Origin: Amoebidium appalachense
Taxonomy: Eukaryota; Protista; Ichthyosporea
Reading direction: 5' to 3'
Assembly: GCA_963693365.1 (NCBI GenBank)
Contig: CAVNZM010000017.1
Span: forward strand, 3,453,375 to 3,517,374
DNA length: 64,000 nucleotides
Numbering within the stretch: position 1 is the stretch's first letter; every line of letters starts with the position of its first letter. Shown here one piece after another: positions 1-13,297 of this stretch. Below the pieces are notes generated by a model that was not told where the DNA came from, did not search any database, and saw only the letters and a program-made list of their open reading frames with translations. The position numbers and the translations under genes were made by a program.

Positions 1-641
1 CCCACCCTCCCCACCCTCCCCTCCCCATCATCACCCACCTCCTCCTGCCTGACCCCCTGTAGCTCCCCATCACTGACCCCATCCCGGTACACCTGCAAGG
101 AACCCATCAGAACCACTGCTCGAAACAACCTCCCCCTCTCCTTCCCTCTTACTATGACTGTTTCTGGGTATGTGCCGTTGCAGCGGTAGTAAGCATCTAG
201 GGCATTGCCCATGTGCACGTCCAGCTGCCGCACTATCTCCTCGTGCTCGTGCTCCTGCACAAACCTGTCAGCTGCCGCCCAGCGCCACACCACCCAGCAC
301 ATAAATGCACCCACCTGCTGGGCGGCCACCGAGTAGTACTGTGTGAAGTGGGGGTTGAGAGATGCACAGAACCCCATCACTGACCGTGACCCCCGTGCCT
401 GCAGACCATACGTGTCAGTGTGTGCTGCATGGTGTGTGGGTGTGTGTGTGTGTGTGCGCACCATTGCGTGTGCGCGCTAACTACTGCATCTGAAAGCAAG
501 AATGTATGCGTGTGTGTGTGCCAGATACTGTTTGTGTGTGAGCACGTGTGTATGTGTGTGTGTGTGTGTGTGTGTGCCAGATACTGTGCGTGTGTGTGCA
601 CGAGTGTATGTGTGTGTGTATGCCAGATACTGTGTGTGTGA

Positions 642-679
<38 letters not shown>

Positions 680-773
680 CAGATACTGGGTGTGTGTGTG
701 CACGAGTGTATGTGTGTGTGTGCCAGATACTGTGTGTGTGTGAGAGAGTGTGCTGTGTATACATGTGTGTGAG

Positions 774-845
<72 letters not shown>

Positions 846-3800
846 TGTGTGTGTGTGTGTGTACGCGCGCGCGCGCGTGTGTGTGTGTGCCAGATAGTGC
901 GTGTGCACCTACCACGTCATGGTTGACGTCTATGCCCACCACCATCATATTCCTGATCCTGCTGGGCACCGGTGTGGCACACCACAGCTGCCCCCCCACC
1001 TTTGCCTGCCTGTGGCCCCGTGAGCAACACCCACACACACACCCACACACGCAGGATTGCACGTACATCTGCAGGCAGACCTTTGTCATGACCGACTTGA
1101 CCTTTGTCATGACCGACTTGACAAACCTGTCCTGCTTAAAGTGCCCCTTGGTGATGCACTGTGACGGCACCCCAAGTTCAAAGCTGCCCACAAGTGTCAG
1201 TCTCTGATCCCCCCCCCCCCCCCCCCCCCCCCCCCCCACCCACACACACACACACACCCACCCACACCCACCGACCCATGCAGCCTTTTGGCTCAACGGC
1301 TCAGTAAAAGCGCGACAGGGTTACTAATTTGTAACTGTTTGTGTTGCATTTGATCCACATAGCATGGCATGTGTGCTGGCCCCATGTGCACCCACCTGCA
1401 ATACCTCTTGACCATGTTGTATCTATCCACACTGGTGTCGGGCAGCAGCACCACCACCAGCCCCGGATCAGGCACACCATGTGCCTTCTCTCCGGCCAGC
1501 GCTTTGCAGAACACAGAACCCTCGGACCCTGCCCCATTGATGCATTGTCAGCATGCAGCCCCCCCATTGGTGCATTGTCAGCATGTAGCCCCCCCATTGG
1601 CGCAATGTCAGCATGCAGCCCCCCCATCGATGCATTGTCAGCATGCAGCCCCCCAATTGGTGCATTGTCAGTGCATTGTCAGCATGCAGCCCCCCCCCCC
1701 CCATTGGCGCATTGTCAGCATGCAGCCCCCCCATTGGTGCATTGTCAGCACGCAGCCCCCCCATTGGTGCATTGTCAGCAACCAGTCCCCCCATTGGTGC
1801 ATTGTCAGCATGCAGCCCCCCCCCCCCCCCCATTGGTGCATTGTCAGCATGCAGCCCCCCCATTGGTGCATTGTCAGCATGCAGCCCCTCCCCCCAGCCC
1901 TGAGCAGCAGTACGCACCACGTGTGTCCAGGACACGTGTAGGGTTTCCAGGGTCCACACCCCATGCACCCATGATGGTGCGCATGTGGTGCACCACCATG
2001 CCGGCCTCCCAGTCATCCCGCTTATCATGCAGCAGCCACCACTGCTCCCGTAATCAACACCCTCACCCGTAACACACTCCCCCCCCCCCCCCCCCCCCCC
2101 GGGGTGCAATGACATACGGTAGTTATGGGCAGTGGAGCCAGCAGCTGTGTGAACAGCAGGCGGGTCCAGTCAAAGGTGTCCCCCTGGCCCAGGTCCTGCA
2201 TGTCCCCGGACTGTGGGTTGCCCTCCGGGTCGACCGTGAACACCACCTCCGGCCGCAGCTGTGTCCCTTTGATGTCGCTGGGGGTAGCCCTGTGGGGTGT
2301 GGGTAGGTCAGCATGGGGATGTAGGGCACACAGGCGGTGCTGTGGGGTGCACGTACGCCAGGGCGATGCCCCAGTCCTGCATGGTGCTGCTGGCCAGCTC
2401 ACTGCCGTGCACCTTGGCCGGCAGCCCGTTGAGCCGTGTCAGTCGGTCATCTGCATCCTAACATCAGCATCTCCCCTCCCCCCCCCCCCCCCCCCCCCCC
2501 ACCCCCTCCTCCCCCCTTCATTTGAACACGGGACCCACCTGGGTCGACCTGGCCGGCAGCCACCACGGCCTTGCGCACCCTGCATGCAGCACGTCAGGCC
2601 CACCCATGTCCCTCCCAACCCCCTCTCCCCTTCCAACCCCCACCCCCCCCGTGTGTGTGTGTGTGGTTGCACCGACCGTGCGTTCTTGTGCTGGTTGCTG
2701 TCCAAGCCAGTCAGTGTGCACAGTTCTGGAATCAGCCTGATAGTCTGCACACATGCCTGTCAGCCATCCAACCCCAAGCCCCTCCCCCCCGGGCGCTCAT
2801 TGGTGCACGTACCTGGCCCCTGGCCTCAGCCAATAGCAGGGGCTGGTTGTTACTGGGCATGCGCACATGTGTATCTCGTCACCGCATACTGCCCATACGT
2901 CACCGGCCTCCCTGCACAGCTCATCAATATTGACCCTTGGCCAGCTCCTCACCAACTAACCCCCCCCCCCCCACCTCCGTTGTCGAAGCTGTCTGCCGGG
3001 CTGTGGTTCCAGTCCACGCCCATGACCCGGTAGGTCCTGTTGTTGTACTGCACCCCCCGTCAGCACCAGCACGCAGCCACAGGGCATGCCAAAAAGAGCA
3101 CCCACCGTGGTGAAGACTATCTTGTTGGTCACGGCCTCTTCAAACTCCCGCCGGTTGGAGCCCAGCCGCTGATATGTGTCCAGCAGCGTGTTGGTCTGGA
3201 TCATCTGCACCCACAAGTGGCTACCTTGTTAGTCTGTTTTCCTTTCCTTGTTTCTATTTTTAATTCTTCCTCGCCATGGTGATGGTAGCGGGCGCACACC
3301 GTGTGTGTCGTGTGTGGGTGTGTGTGTGTGCGCATGTGTGTGTGTGTCTGTGTGTGCGTGTGTGTGTGCGCGCACGCGCGAAGGAGGGGCCGGGTGGGGG
3401 GGGTGGGGGGGGGGGGGGGGGGTCCAGGGACGGAGCCAGAAATTGACATCTAGGGCATACGTACCTTATGATGCAGGTCGATGGCCCAGCACAGACCGGC
3501 CTGAGTCTGGACCACTGACGTCATGAAGCCGGGCCACATGCACAGGCCAAAGGCAGACAGGTCCCTGCTGCTGGTTTCCTGCAAAGACCACGTCAGCCCC
3601 AGCCCTTCCACCATGCTTCAGGGTTAACCTAGCAGGTGCCGGCCCAACCTACTAGAGGTAGCAGCATTACACATACAACATGCTGCAGGGCAAACCCATG
3701 CCCTGCCGGCACTAGCATAGGCCAGCACCCAGTGCCCAGTTCACCGGCCCAGGCCCATTAGCTCACCTCTCCGGGGTTGTAGTGCCAGCGGCCCAGCCGT

Positions 3801-5389
3801 CGCAGCGCCAGTGCCCTCGTCATGATGTTGTTCATCACAACCTGCCCCCACCCTGTCAGCCTCTTCTAACCAACCCCTCCCCTCCCCCCCCCCCCCCCCC
3901 CCCCCCCCCCCCAGCACCGTGCACGCACGTTGTACACTTGGTCTCTGCCATTTGAGTCGTAGCACACCTGGGTGGCCAGGGTGACGGTGATGTTGTCCTC
4001 GGGGTTGTTTGCTACCGTGAATGTGCCCGTAGCAATCCTGCCAACCGCACTGTTTAGCAACCCCCCCCCCCCCCCCCCCCCCCCGCCAACCCCCTCCCCC
4101 CGGGCATTCATACTGGGTTGTGGTGAACAGGCACTCGTTCTTGAACACATACAGGCCACCCAGCATCATGGCGTCCTTGTGCAGCCGCAGCACCTGCCCC
4201 TGCCTGTGCCCACCCTGCCCCTCAGCCTGCAGCCACCACCACCACCACAACCCTCCCGGGGCAAGGGCATGCCCAACCTTTTTCTGGACAGGTCTGCAGC
4301 AAAGGTCACCTTGTACTGCAACACACAGCGTCAGCAACCCACCCTGCAGCAAGGCCACTGCACCTTACAATTGCCTGGCCGTGTGTCCAAGCACGCTGCC
4401 TACGTTCATAACAAACCACAGAGGGAAGAAAAGGCAAGGGTGTGGGCCGAAGAAATGTTTGGAAAGATACAAAAACAAAACTGCCTAACCGTCAAGACCA
4501 AAGACAAGTGCAGCCCAGGTATGTGGCAGCAGAGCCCACCCAGCACAACGAAGACAATGCATGCCAGCGCAAAATCAAAGGCACATGGGAGCACGCCTTG
4601 GAGACTCAGGGCACACTTCCACTGCCAGTTGGCACCCCGCCGGCTGTTGGTTAACACACCCACGTCCATCTATGCTCACACAAATAAACATTGCTACACA
4701 CCATCCCACCACTCCCCTGGGTTCAAGGCACCACTAGCGCACACGACCAAAGAACAACAACAGTCTACTTTGTTCTCTGCCGCTAGGCCGACCGGGTGCC
4801 TACCATGTAGAATATCCTGTTGGTGTCGGCCGTGAAAGTGTAGTGGTTGACCAGCAGCTCCAGCTTCCGGTCCTGGCCGTCACTCGGGAACGCCTCAAGC
4901 GGCGCATACTTGCCCCCTGTCCAGCATACTTAGCAGCCAGCACCGGCAAGAACACAGCACTCAAACCAGCCTGCCGTAAACTTGGCCAAGCCAGACACAA
5001 AGCCAGCAACCAAACTCGAACTTGCAACACCAAGGGAAAAACCAACGCTACAAGCAGACCCACCTAACACCAGACCCTGCCTCTCCCCATTCACAAGCAT
5101 GCCGCCCACACACTACCCACCTCCACGCCCCCGGCCACCGCCTGAAGGGCCACTGTCTCTGCGTCCGCCCTGGTGGTGGCCCCTGTCTCCGCCATAGCCC
5201 CCTCGCTGTGGGTCCTGCTGCCCATACTGTCTGCTGTGGCTCTCTCTGCGCCGATGGTCTGCACCCCAGCGTCAGCCAGATCGGCCAGAGACACACAGCC
5301 AGCCTTCAGTGCTGCGCAGCAAACGCTGCCGGCAACATACCGTCTGGAGGCCCACGATCGTAGCCCCCACCCCCGTAGCGCTGTGCCAT
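1..5389 (-). CDS. piwi: PIWI-clade Argonaute, multi-exon, 3' part outside the window
   Basis: ATG at 5389 (gccATGG context) gives [20 protein letters not shown] exons then give: an RG-rich stretch (..[16 protein letters not shown], ~5121-5250); N domain [10 protein letters not shown] (~4805-4915); PAZ ..KIVFTT|[17 protein letters not shown] (~2974-3205) and [11 protein letters not shown] (~2700-2745); [26 protein letters not shown]; [22 protein letters not shown] (~912-1005), [13 protein letters not shown] (~315-398), [16 protein letters not shown]|[11 protein letters not shown] (~52-260). Exon borders are approximate. Confidence 0.93.
410..905. repeat. Intronic compound microsatellite: (GT)n, (GA)n and a degenerate ccagatactg-(GT)n unit
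   Basis: Directly visible; lies between PIWI-domain exons. Confidence 0.9.
1530..1890. repeat. ~30-bp minisatellite (cattggtgcattgtcagcatgcagcccccc), about 12 copies, inside a piwi intron
   Basis: Tandem units visible, with variable poly-C length. Confidence 0.9.
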
Positions 5390-6009
5390 GGCTTGGGAGG
5401 GCAGGCCCGTACAGGCAGACCGAGGTAAGCAAAGCCTATGATTGTCCAACTGTGCTCTAGCCTATAAACAAGAGTAGTGGTGTGAAGAATAACCGGCACA
5501 ACCAGCACAAACAAACACAACCCCTGAAGGTGAATTGATATGTGGTGGGCAACAGCGTGCAAACAAACCACCCCAAGATAAGCCACGGCCCTACATAGCT
5601 TGATGAAAAAGGGTTACGGAACTTGCGAGTTTATGATCAAGATGTGTTTCCAGCGAAATGAGGTAACTTCTTAACGTGATTTAGAACCATTTAGACGGAG
5701 ATATGCTCTTTGTGGGGCTAGCCAACCAATGGTGAAGCCTAAATTTAGGCGCCAGGTAGCGTGATATCGCCGGCTCCGACGGTTACACGCTCCAGATCTA
5801 TTGTATAGTTATCAAGAGGAGGCCTAGATAAACTACCCTAGGTGTATATTAGTTGCCTTTGTAAAAATTTCAATGGCTTTGCTTCGCTCTGGTCGGAATG
5901 ATGACGTTATGAAGGGCTGGGGGAAGGGCTCACCCATATACAAAATGACGCTTTAAGTGATCAAAGTTAAAAAGATGAATAGAAAACAGGCTTTGGTCAA
6001 CCAATTGAT

Positions 6010-6303
6010 ATTTTTATACATAACGCGACACACATTTATTGTATAAGCAACATGGGGTGTCCGCCGCTTATTTTATGGTGAAAACTAGAAAAATCTATAG
6101 TTTTGTCATAGACGTTCAACCAGGGCCCTAACCGTTCGGAGGCTTAGCCGGACTGGTTTTTGCCGATTTTGACAATGAGGGAAGCGTCGGACATCACATG
6201 ATCATTATTACGCGTTTTTTCATTTCCGACAATTTTTCATAATGAACCAAAACCTGTCTTCTAAGTAAAAACGAGTGAACATGCACATGAGAGCCTGTAG
6301 ATC
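6010..6303 (+). repeat. Old dispersed repeat; diverged second copy at ~24150-24405 continuing at ~29950-30000
   Basis: Shared blocks gtataagcaacatggggtgtcc, tcatagacg, cattatt.cgcg, ttctaagtaaaa, gag.g.ctgt. Confidence 0.65.
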
Positions 6304-6694
6304 TGTAACACGCCCCGATGGGGTTAGGGCAGCCCTTACCCTAGCCCTTTCGGAATGTGAGGCCAATCAGTTGATCCGACTCTTTCAGGTAAGCCATATA
6401 AGGTTACGCATACGAATTCGGGGTTTACGCTGTTTACTCGAGGCAAAGAGAACCAGTCTCAGGTATGGGGGGGGTTTTTTGCTCGGAATATCCCCTCAGC
6501 GGTATATCATGATCACGTACATAGATGTCGGGTGGTGACTATATATCAGGGTTTACTTTCTCTACGAGACATCATAAAGACTACAAGGAGAAATCAATTA
6601 ATTGGGGTTCCCCGGTTTTTTTATTTTATTTTTTTATTTGTTTTTTTTTTATTTATTAAAGGGGCTCCCCTTGGGACACTCGGTATCAGCTGGT

Positions 6695-6752
<58 letters not shown>

Positions 6753-7302
6753 TGTGTGTGTGTGCGCGTGCGCTATAATTTTGTAGTGATGCCGTGTTTC
6801 TCAAGCCAATCAATACATCTAATAAACAGGTCGTAGTTACGCGTGTTTAGTATAAAATCAAGGATGTTGTAATTTACAGGTAGGCTATCTTTTTGGGTGT
6901 CTGTTGTGAATGTGGCGTGTGTGTGTGGCGGTATTATGTGGTCTATCAAACTACATTTGGCGATACATGACCGGTTAAACTGGTGTGTGTGTGTGTTGTT
7001 TGGGCATGCAAATGATGCCACCTTATACTTATTAGATCTCCACTGTATAGCACGTGTACAGTAAAAGCGTGGTAATTGATCAATAATACCATCAGCTAGA
7101 GAAAGACCAGTTCTACAGGAAGGTAATATGTATTTAGGTGTTATACATTTGCGAGTGCCATATTTGGCAATATGGTTGAGGCGGTCAGTATATATAAAAC
7201 GAGACATAAGGCTTAGTTTTTCAAGGTGTATGCTTTCATCGGGTCTAGTGTCGTGTGGTATCTTTTTCCATTTGTTATATTGCGTGATTATCTTGTGATT
7301 GT

Positions 7303-7445
7303 GTACATGTTTAATAAGTAAGTGGCAGTCCAAAGTCACACACACACTATTGCGGGGTTTATTTGTATTTGTGCCCAAAATAAAAATAAACCCCGCAATA
7401 GTGTGTGTGTGACTTTGGACTGCCACTTACTTATTAAACATGTAC
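7303..7445. repeat. Long near-perfect palindrome/hairpin (62-bp perfect arms, short loop)
   Basis: gtacatgtttaataagtaagtggcagtcc...gcggggtttattt is the exact reverse complement of aaataaaccccgc...ttattaaacatgtac. Confidence 0.92.
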
Positions 7446-8928
7446 GAATTCCGATGAGAATTCCGAACTAGTGTAGTGTGTAGTTATCCAGACAGCTAAC
7501 ATATTAGCCGATTTGTTTCAAGCCGTAGAGAGAAGAAAAACATATAGAGCCTACAATAGGCATATACTGCTGTCCGTTTATTGTCTATGCAGTGGCACTT
7601 TACTGTAGACATTTGTCAGTCAATGTGGCCACCTACGAACGTATCGATCGGTGACCACAAGCCATCGCCATGTACATACATGTAGGTGCACTGCGAACTG
7701 GGCAAGCGCATGCAGGATCCGGAAGTGAGCCGAACGGTGATCACGAGTCCGTCACTCAACCAACTGTAGTAGGACTACAAATTGGTCGTAGAAAGAAGTG
7801 CTGTGAAGGCAAAACTGGTTATGATATGCTGTAACAACTTGAAGTTCCGCCTTACATTGAACATGTACATGTGTTGGCTGCGTTGGAAAAGGCTACGTTG
7901 TACAAGCTTCAGCAGCTTGAGTAAACCAAAGTCATGCGGAATTCAAGCCGGATAGATTCAGTAATTAAGTTGACGGTGTCTTGTAGATGTTGTGCAGCTC
8001 AGTGAATAGGAAAAGCAGCCCTAATGAAACACACTTACACACAATGCAAGAGTCGTCAGGCAGCTCTGCCATTGTGTTTCTACAATAGGAATAGCCTCGG
8101 CTGCACCTAGTATCTGAGCTAGCTAGCCCTCACTTGAGCACGGTCACGATTTGGTTTGGTCCAATCGGCTCTCTGGGCTCAAGCAAATATGGGGTTCGTG
8201 GCAACTTGAACCGACACTGTAACAGGCTCCGGCTCGATTGAGTTGCCAAGCCAGTACCAAGTTTTGGGCTAATGATTGGCCGATATGGATCCGGACGGTT
8301 GTTGGCATCCTCATCATGACTGCACTGTTCATACCTTCAACCCCACAAAGGGCCCCATAACACCCCCCCCCCCCCCCCTCCCCCCCCCCCCCCCCCCCCC
8401 CCGGCGCAACCCCCCCTCCCCCCCCCCCCCCACCACCACCCAAAAAAAAAAAAAAAGCCTCTGAGACTCTCTCTCAATTAAGGCTCTTTTTTTCTCTCAA
8501 AGCCTCCTGTGTGTGTCTGTGAATGTGTGTGTTATGGAACTGCTCCAAAATAAACGATCATAGCACCAGGACATGTGTCCGCAAGTGCATGATTATGCTA
8601 TATAATGTAAACACGTGTGATTATCATGTGCAGATCACCAAGTGTCACTCTTGACATGTGACACTCGCGTCCACACGGCGGACGCACCCATATGTTTTGG
8701 CACGCGCAGGTCATTGATCTGCGTGCGGCGGTATCACGTGTGTCACCCGCCGACAGGCGACTGTGCACGTCACTATAGACCGGTTTAACTGTGCACGTCA
8801 CTATAGACCGGTTTAGAAATGATTTTTTTTCAAATTCTGCCTAACCTTATATGTCACCGGAACAATTCGAATCTTGTGATTGGTTGCGCCAAAAGTAAGG
8901 GCCAAGGTAAGGGCCGCTCAACCGGTGA

Positions 8929-9138
8929 TGTGACGTAGATATCCATCGAGTCACCCCAGAAATGGAAGCACCCCAGATCAATAAACATCACAATGTAAAT
9001 CATATGGGGCTTCCGGGACCTGGCGTCCTCAGTCTTTTCCTTGTCCAAAACATATTTCTTGTCAACGAAAGCTGTGACCATCCGTCCCCCATCCGACTTT
9101 CATCCGTGTTCAAATTCATGTTCCCATCACATTTTGAT
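8929..9138 (+). mobile_element. Left part of the TGTGACGTAGAT-terminated MITE family (complete copy at 30017-30272)
   Basis: About 200 bp nearly identical to 30017-30221; no right TIR seen nearby. Confidence 0.75.
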
Positions 9139-9842
9139 GTCGCATGGTAGCAGAAAAGGAAGGGCTCCCTCGGGGGTAACCAGGTAAACACGCTTCCACA
9201 CGCGCGCTCTGCTAGCATGCTACGATATCTCATTTTTACGGACGGATGGTCACAGCAGTCCACGGATAACTACGGATACACGAGGATGCATTTGCTTACT
9301 TATTCGGACGTCGCCCCGCAACGAGGCCATTTTTTTGCAACAGCCATATCATTTTTCATATTGTAGCACACACAACTCGGTTTTCGCACCAGCCCATTTC
9401 TCATGAGCGCATCATCTTTTCCCATTTTCCACACACGACCACAGTGATCGGCAAGTTTTGGTCCTGATACTTTGTGCGTATAAGCAAAGCACGGGAAACG
9501 CCACCCCCGTGTGCTGCTAATCCCGCATATGGGTGCCGGCCAGACACTAAGCCCAGCACACGTTTGCCGGAGGGTGTGAGTCTCGGACTTTGCTTGTGCC
9601 CACACGGTGGTTAAGATCACTACCTGACGATCACTAGAGTCGTGTGTTTTCCTTCAGTCTGAACAGCCGTCGTTTGCGCAAACTACGTGTATATACCAAT
9701 CACGATATATTTCAACATGTACATCGGATTACTGAAGATCTATGTCTGCCTCTCGCTCTTGCTCGCCTCTGCTTACATGTTTTGCTTTTATGTTTTGTAC
9801 CCTTGTGAGGTCATCCTCAGAGGCACTGCAGCCCGCCTACGG

Positions 9843-10122
9843 TGCTAAAAACTGTCGTGCTTATATACCTAAGCCTACCGATCTGAACCAATCAAAAATC
9901 GATCAAGTGATATGTGAAATCTGATCCGAGCCAGTCATAACTCGGTCTAGTGATCTGTGGTATCTGATGTTTTGATTGGCTAATAGGTGCCCGTGTGCGG
10001 GCAGCCAACCGCTAACTGCTAAAACACGAAATGAAGCCTACATGGTTATGTTGGTATCGAAAACCCATCCTACGTGTTTACCCAGAAAAATATTTATGTC
10101 AATAATTTCCACAAATAAAACC
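9843..10122 (-). repeat. ~280-bp dispersed repeat; inverted near-identical copy at 63297-63576
   Basis: Reverse-complement match with about one mismatch by eye; contains TATATAAG and CCAAT boxes. Confidence 0.88.
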
Positions 10123-11524
10123 ATTGTGTGACAACAATTGTTGGGGATCTCAGCCAACCGTTACTCACTTACGCGAGCCTCATCAGCAAACTTCCCGGAA
10201 GTATTGCCAACGTATTTTTTGCTATTGGCGCTATTGGCGATATTGGCAATAGAACCCCTTGCCGCCAATAGGAACGCCATATTGCAATAATATTGCTTTG
10301 GTATTGTCAATGGTAATACAGTACCAATACCCTCTATTGTCGATATCCCGCTGATATGAATATATTATCCAGTATATGTTACATCAATATCGCCAATACA
10401 TTAGAGTGCCATTACATTGCCATTGCATTACTATTGCGCTAGCATTATAGACGTATTGCCAATATCAATTATACCCGGGCGATATTACAATAACAACCAA
10501 ATAATATCAAAAATACAGATAATGATATGGATAATACTGTATTTTCGCATTGTAGTTGCACTATGAACGCATAGTATTAATGTATTGCCAATATGTAATT
10601 CATAGAAATACAAAGATTTAAATATCAAGAAACATATAAACAATGTATTGCCAACATATGATCCAACTATAATCAATATATAAATGCGGTATCGCCGATA
10701 GGTTGCTTATATATCGTGAGTATATTGATGACATAAACATAGGTATGATTAATACACTCCCAACACATTACAAATAAGAAATATGTAAGTATGTTCCATA
10801 TCAAGCATATATTGCCAACATACGAATGATACCACCACCATAAAGATATAAGTGTTGATAATGCATTACATATATATTATAAATATCACACTATATTATC
10901 CAAATACTCAGTGCCAATAAATTGATAATGGGAACGAATGCATGCAAAGTACAGTATAAGTGCGCTTATAATATGAAAGGCATATCGGAGTAACGTCTTA
11001 TATCTAAGAATAATACATATGACGAACATTGCCAATGTATTAATAATAACTTTATTGATACCTCAATCACATGCTCAATATATTGGCAATATGCACACGG
11101 TACGGTAAGCACAGCCCCATGATCATTGTCAATGAATTGCCAATGTATTGCACCATGTCGACATCCATACGTGTTCCGTATGGTCACTTTATTAACTTCG
11201 GTTGGATAGTGGCATCAAGCACACAAGTAAACAACACAACTAATATACCACCCCAGGTGGCATCCTACAGCACACAAGTTAACAACACAACTAACATACC
11301 ACCCCAGGTGGCATCCATTCTCTACTATCTACTTTATCTCGCATCTCGTATCAACATTACTCTTATGCAAACAAAAAATACCAAAAAGAATCATGACAAA
11401 AAAAGAAGAAAAAAGAAAAAGAAAACTACCACACAAGCACAACAGGCTGGGCTGGGGCAACACAGAAACGAAAAACGGAAACAACAGCAGCCATAGGACA
11501 AAGAGCCGGTACCCACCTCTAGAG

Positions 11525-13185
11525 TGGCAAAAAAAGAGTCGACAGAACAAACCTCAAACATAGTAAGGACGGAAACCCGGACCAGAACTTATGAAGTCTA
11601 CTAGAGAAGCAGAAAATAGCTTGAACGACTGGTGGAGGGGATGATAGCTATAGTGCTAACAGCAAAAGTAGTGCCCACAGTCGCTGGTTCATGAACGTGA
11701 AAAGGCAACGTGCATCTGCAGCCAGCAGGCACACGCACACACACACACACACGCACACATACACACACACGCACACAGACACAGACACAGACCAGACAGA
11801 CAAACGCCACATGCACAAAAGCAGGCAACACAAAACTAACCTTCAAACGGCCTTTCAGCCGTTAGGCGAAGAAGCTGCAGCATGCAGATGGTCGAAACCA
11901 TTCAGCACGGTGGCTGCGCGACCTGCGGAGGGCAAAAAAAGAGTCGACAGAACCAACCTCAAACTTAGTAAGGACGGAAACCCGGACCAGAACTTATGAA
12001 GTCTAGAGAAGCAGAAAATAGCTTGAACGACTGGGGGAGGGGATGATAGCTATAGTGCTAACAGCAAAAGTAGTGCCCACAGTCGCTGGTTCATGAACGT
12101 GAAAAGGCAACGTGCATCTGCAGCCAGCAGGCACACGCACACACACACACACACGCACACATACACACACACGCACACAGACACAGACACAGACCAGACA
12201 GACAAACGCCACATGCACAAAAGCAGGCAACACAAAACTAACCTTCAAACGGCCTTTCAGCCGTTAGGCGAAGAAGCTGCAGCATGCAGCATGGTCGAAA
12301 CCATTCAGCACGGTGGCTGCGCGACCTGCGGAGGGCAAAAAAAGAGTCGACAGAACCAACCTCAAACTTAGTAAGGACGGAAACCCGGACCAGAACTTAT
12401 GAAGTCTAGAGAAGCAGAAAATAGCTTGAACGACTGGGGGAGGGGATGATAGCTATAGTGCTAACAGCAAAAGTAGTGCCCACAGTCGCTGGTTCATGAA
12501 CGTGAAAAGGCAACGTGCATCTGCAGCCAGCAGGCACACGCACACGCACGCACACACATACACACACACGCACACAGACACAGACACAGACACAGACATA
12601 TTCACAGGCACGGACACAGACCAGACAGACAAACGCCACATGCACAAAAGCAGGCAACACAAAACTAACCTTCAAACGGCCTTTCAGCCGTTAGGCGAAG
12701 AAGCTGCAGCATGCAGCATGGTCGAAACCATTCAGCACGGTGGCTGCGCGACCTGCGGAGGGCAAAAAAAGAGTCGACAGAACCAACCTCAAACATAGTA
12801 AGGACGGAAACCCGGACCAGAACTTATGAAGTCTAGAGAAGCAGAAAATAGCTTGAACGACTGGTGGAGGGGATGATAGCTATAGTGCTAACAGCAAAAG
12901 TAGTGCCCACAGTCGCTGGTTCATGAACGTGAAAAGGCAACGTGCATCTGCAGCCAGCAGGCACACGCACACGCACGCACACACATACACACACACGCAC
13001 ACAGACACAGACACAGACACAGACATATTCACAGGCACGGACACAGACCAGACAGACAAACGCCACATGCACAAAAGCAGGCAACACAAAACTAACCTTC
13101 AAACGGCCATTCAGCTGTTAGGCGAAGAAGCTGCAGCATGCAGCATGGTCGAAACCATTCAGCACGGTGGCTGCGCGACCTGCGG
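11525..13185. repeat. Tandem array of 402-427-bp units (~4 copies) with an internal (CA)n tract
   Basis: Identical spurious ORFs recur at 11601/12003/12406/12833; units 3-4 share a 24-bp expansion. Confidence 0.95.
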
Positions 13186-13297
13186 ATGGGACCTGTGACC
13201 AGGCGACCTGCGGGAAGGGAACTGCGACCAGGCGACCTGCGGGAAGGGACCTGCGACCAGGCGACCTGCGGGAAAGCACCTGCGGACCTGCGGGAAG
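13175..13297. repeat. ~29-bp GC-rich minisatellite (gaccaggcgacctgcgggaaggga.ctgc)
   Basis: 3-4 tandem units directly following the 400-bp array. Confidence 0.85.

Noticed and set aside
2125-4835. Plus-strand ORFs of 287-302 aa
   Set aside because: Antisense to piwi exons and run through intronic poly-C.
6304-6620. TGTAACAC start suggesting an LTR or TIR end
   Set aside because: No matching second end or PBS/PPT found in the window.
6773-7426. 217-aa minus-strand ORF
   Set aside because: Non-ATG start inside the palindrome; no recognisable domain.
8760-8816. 28-bp direct duplication (also a 60-bp one at ~11208-11315)
   Set aside because: Isolated local slippage with no further structure.
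11601-13102. Repeated small hydrophobic ORFs as a gene family
   Set aside because: They arise from the tandem unit and its (CA)n tract, with non-ATG starts and no coding signature.
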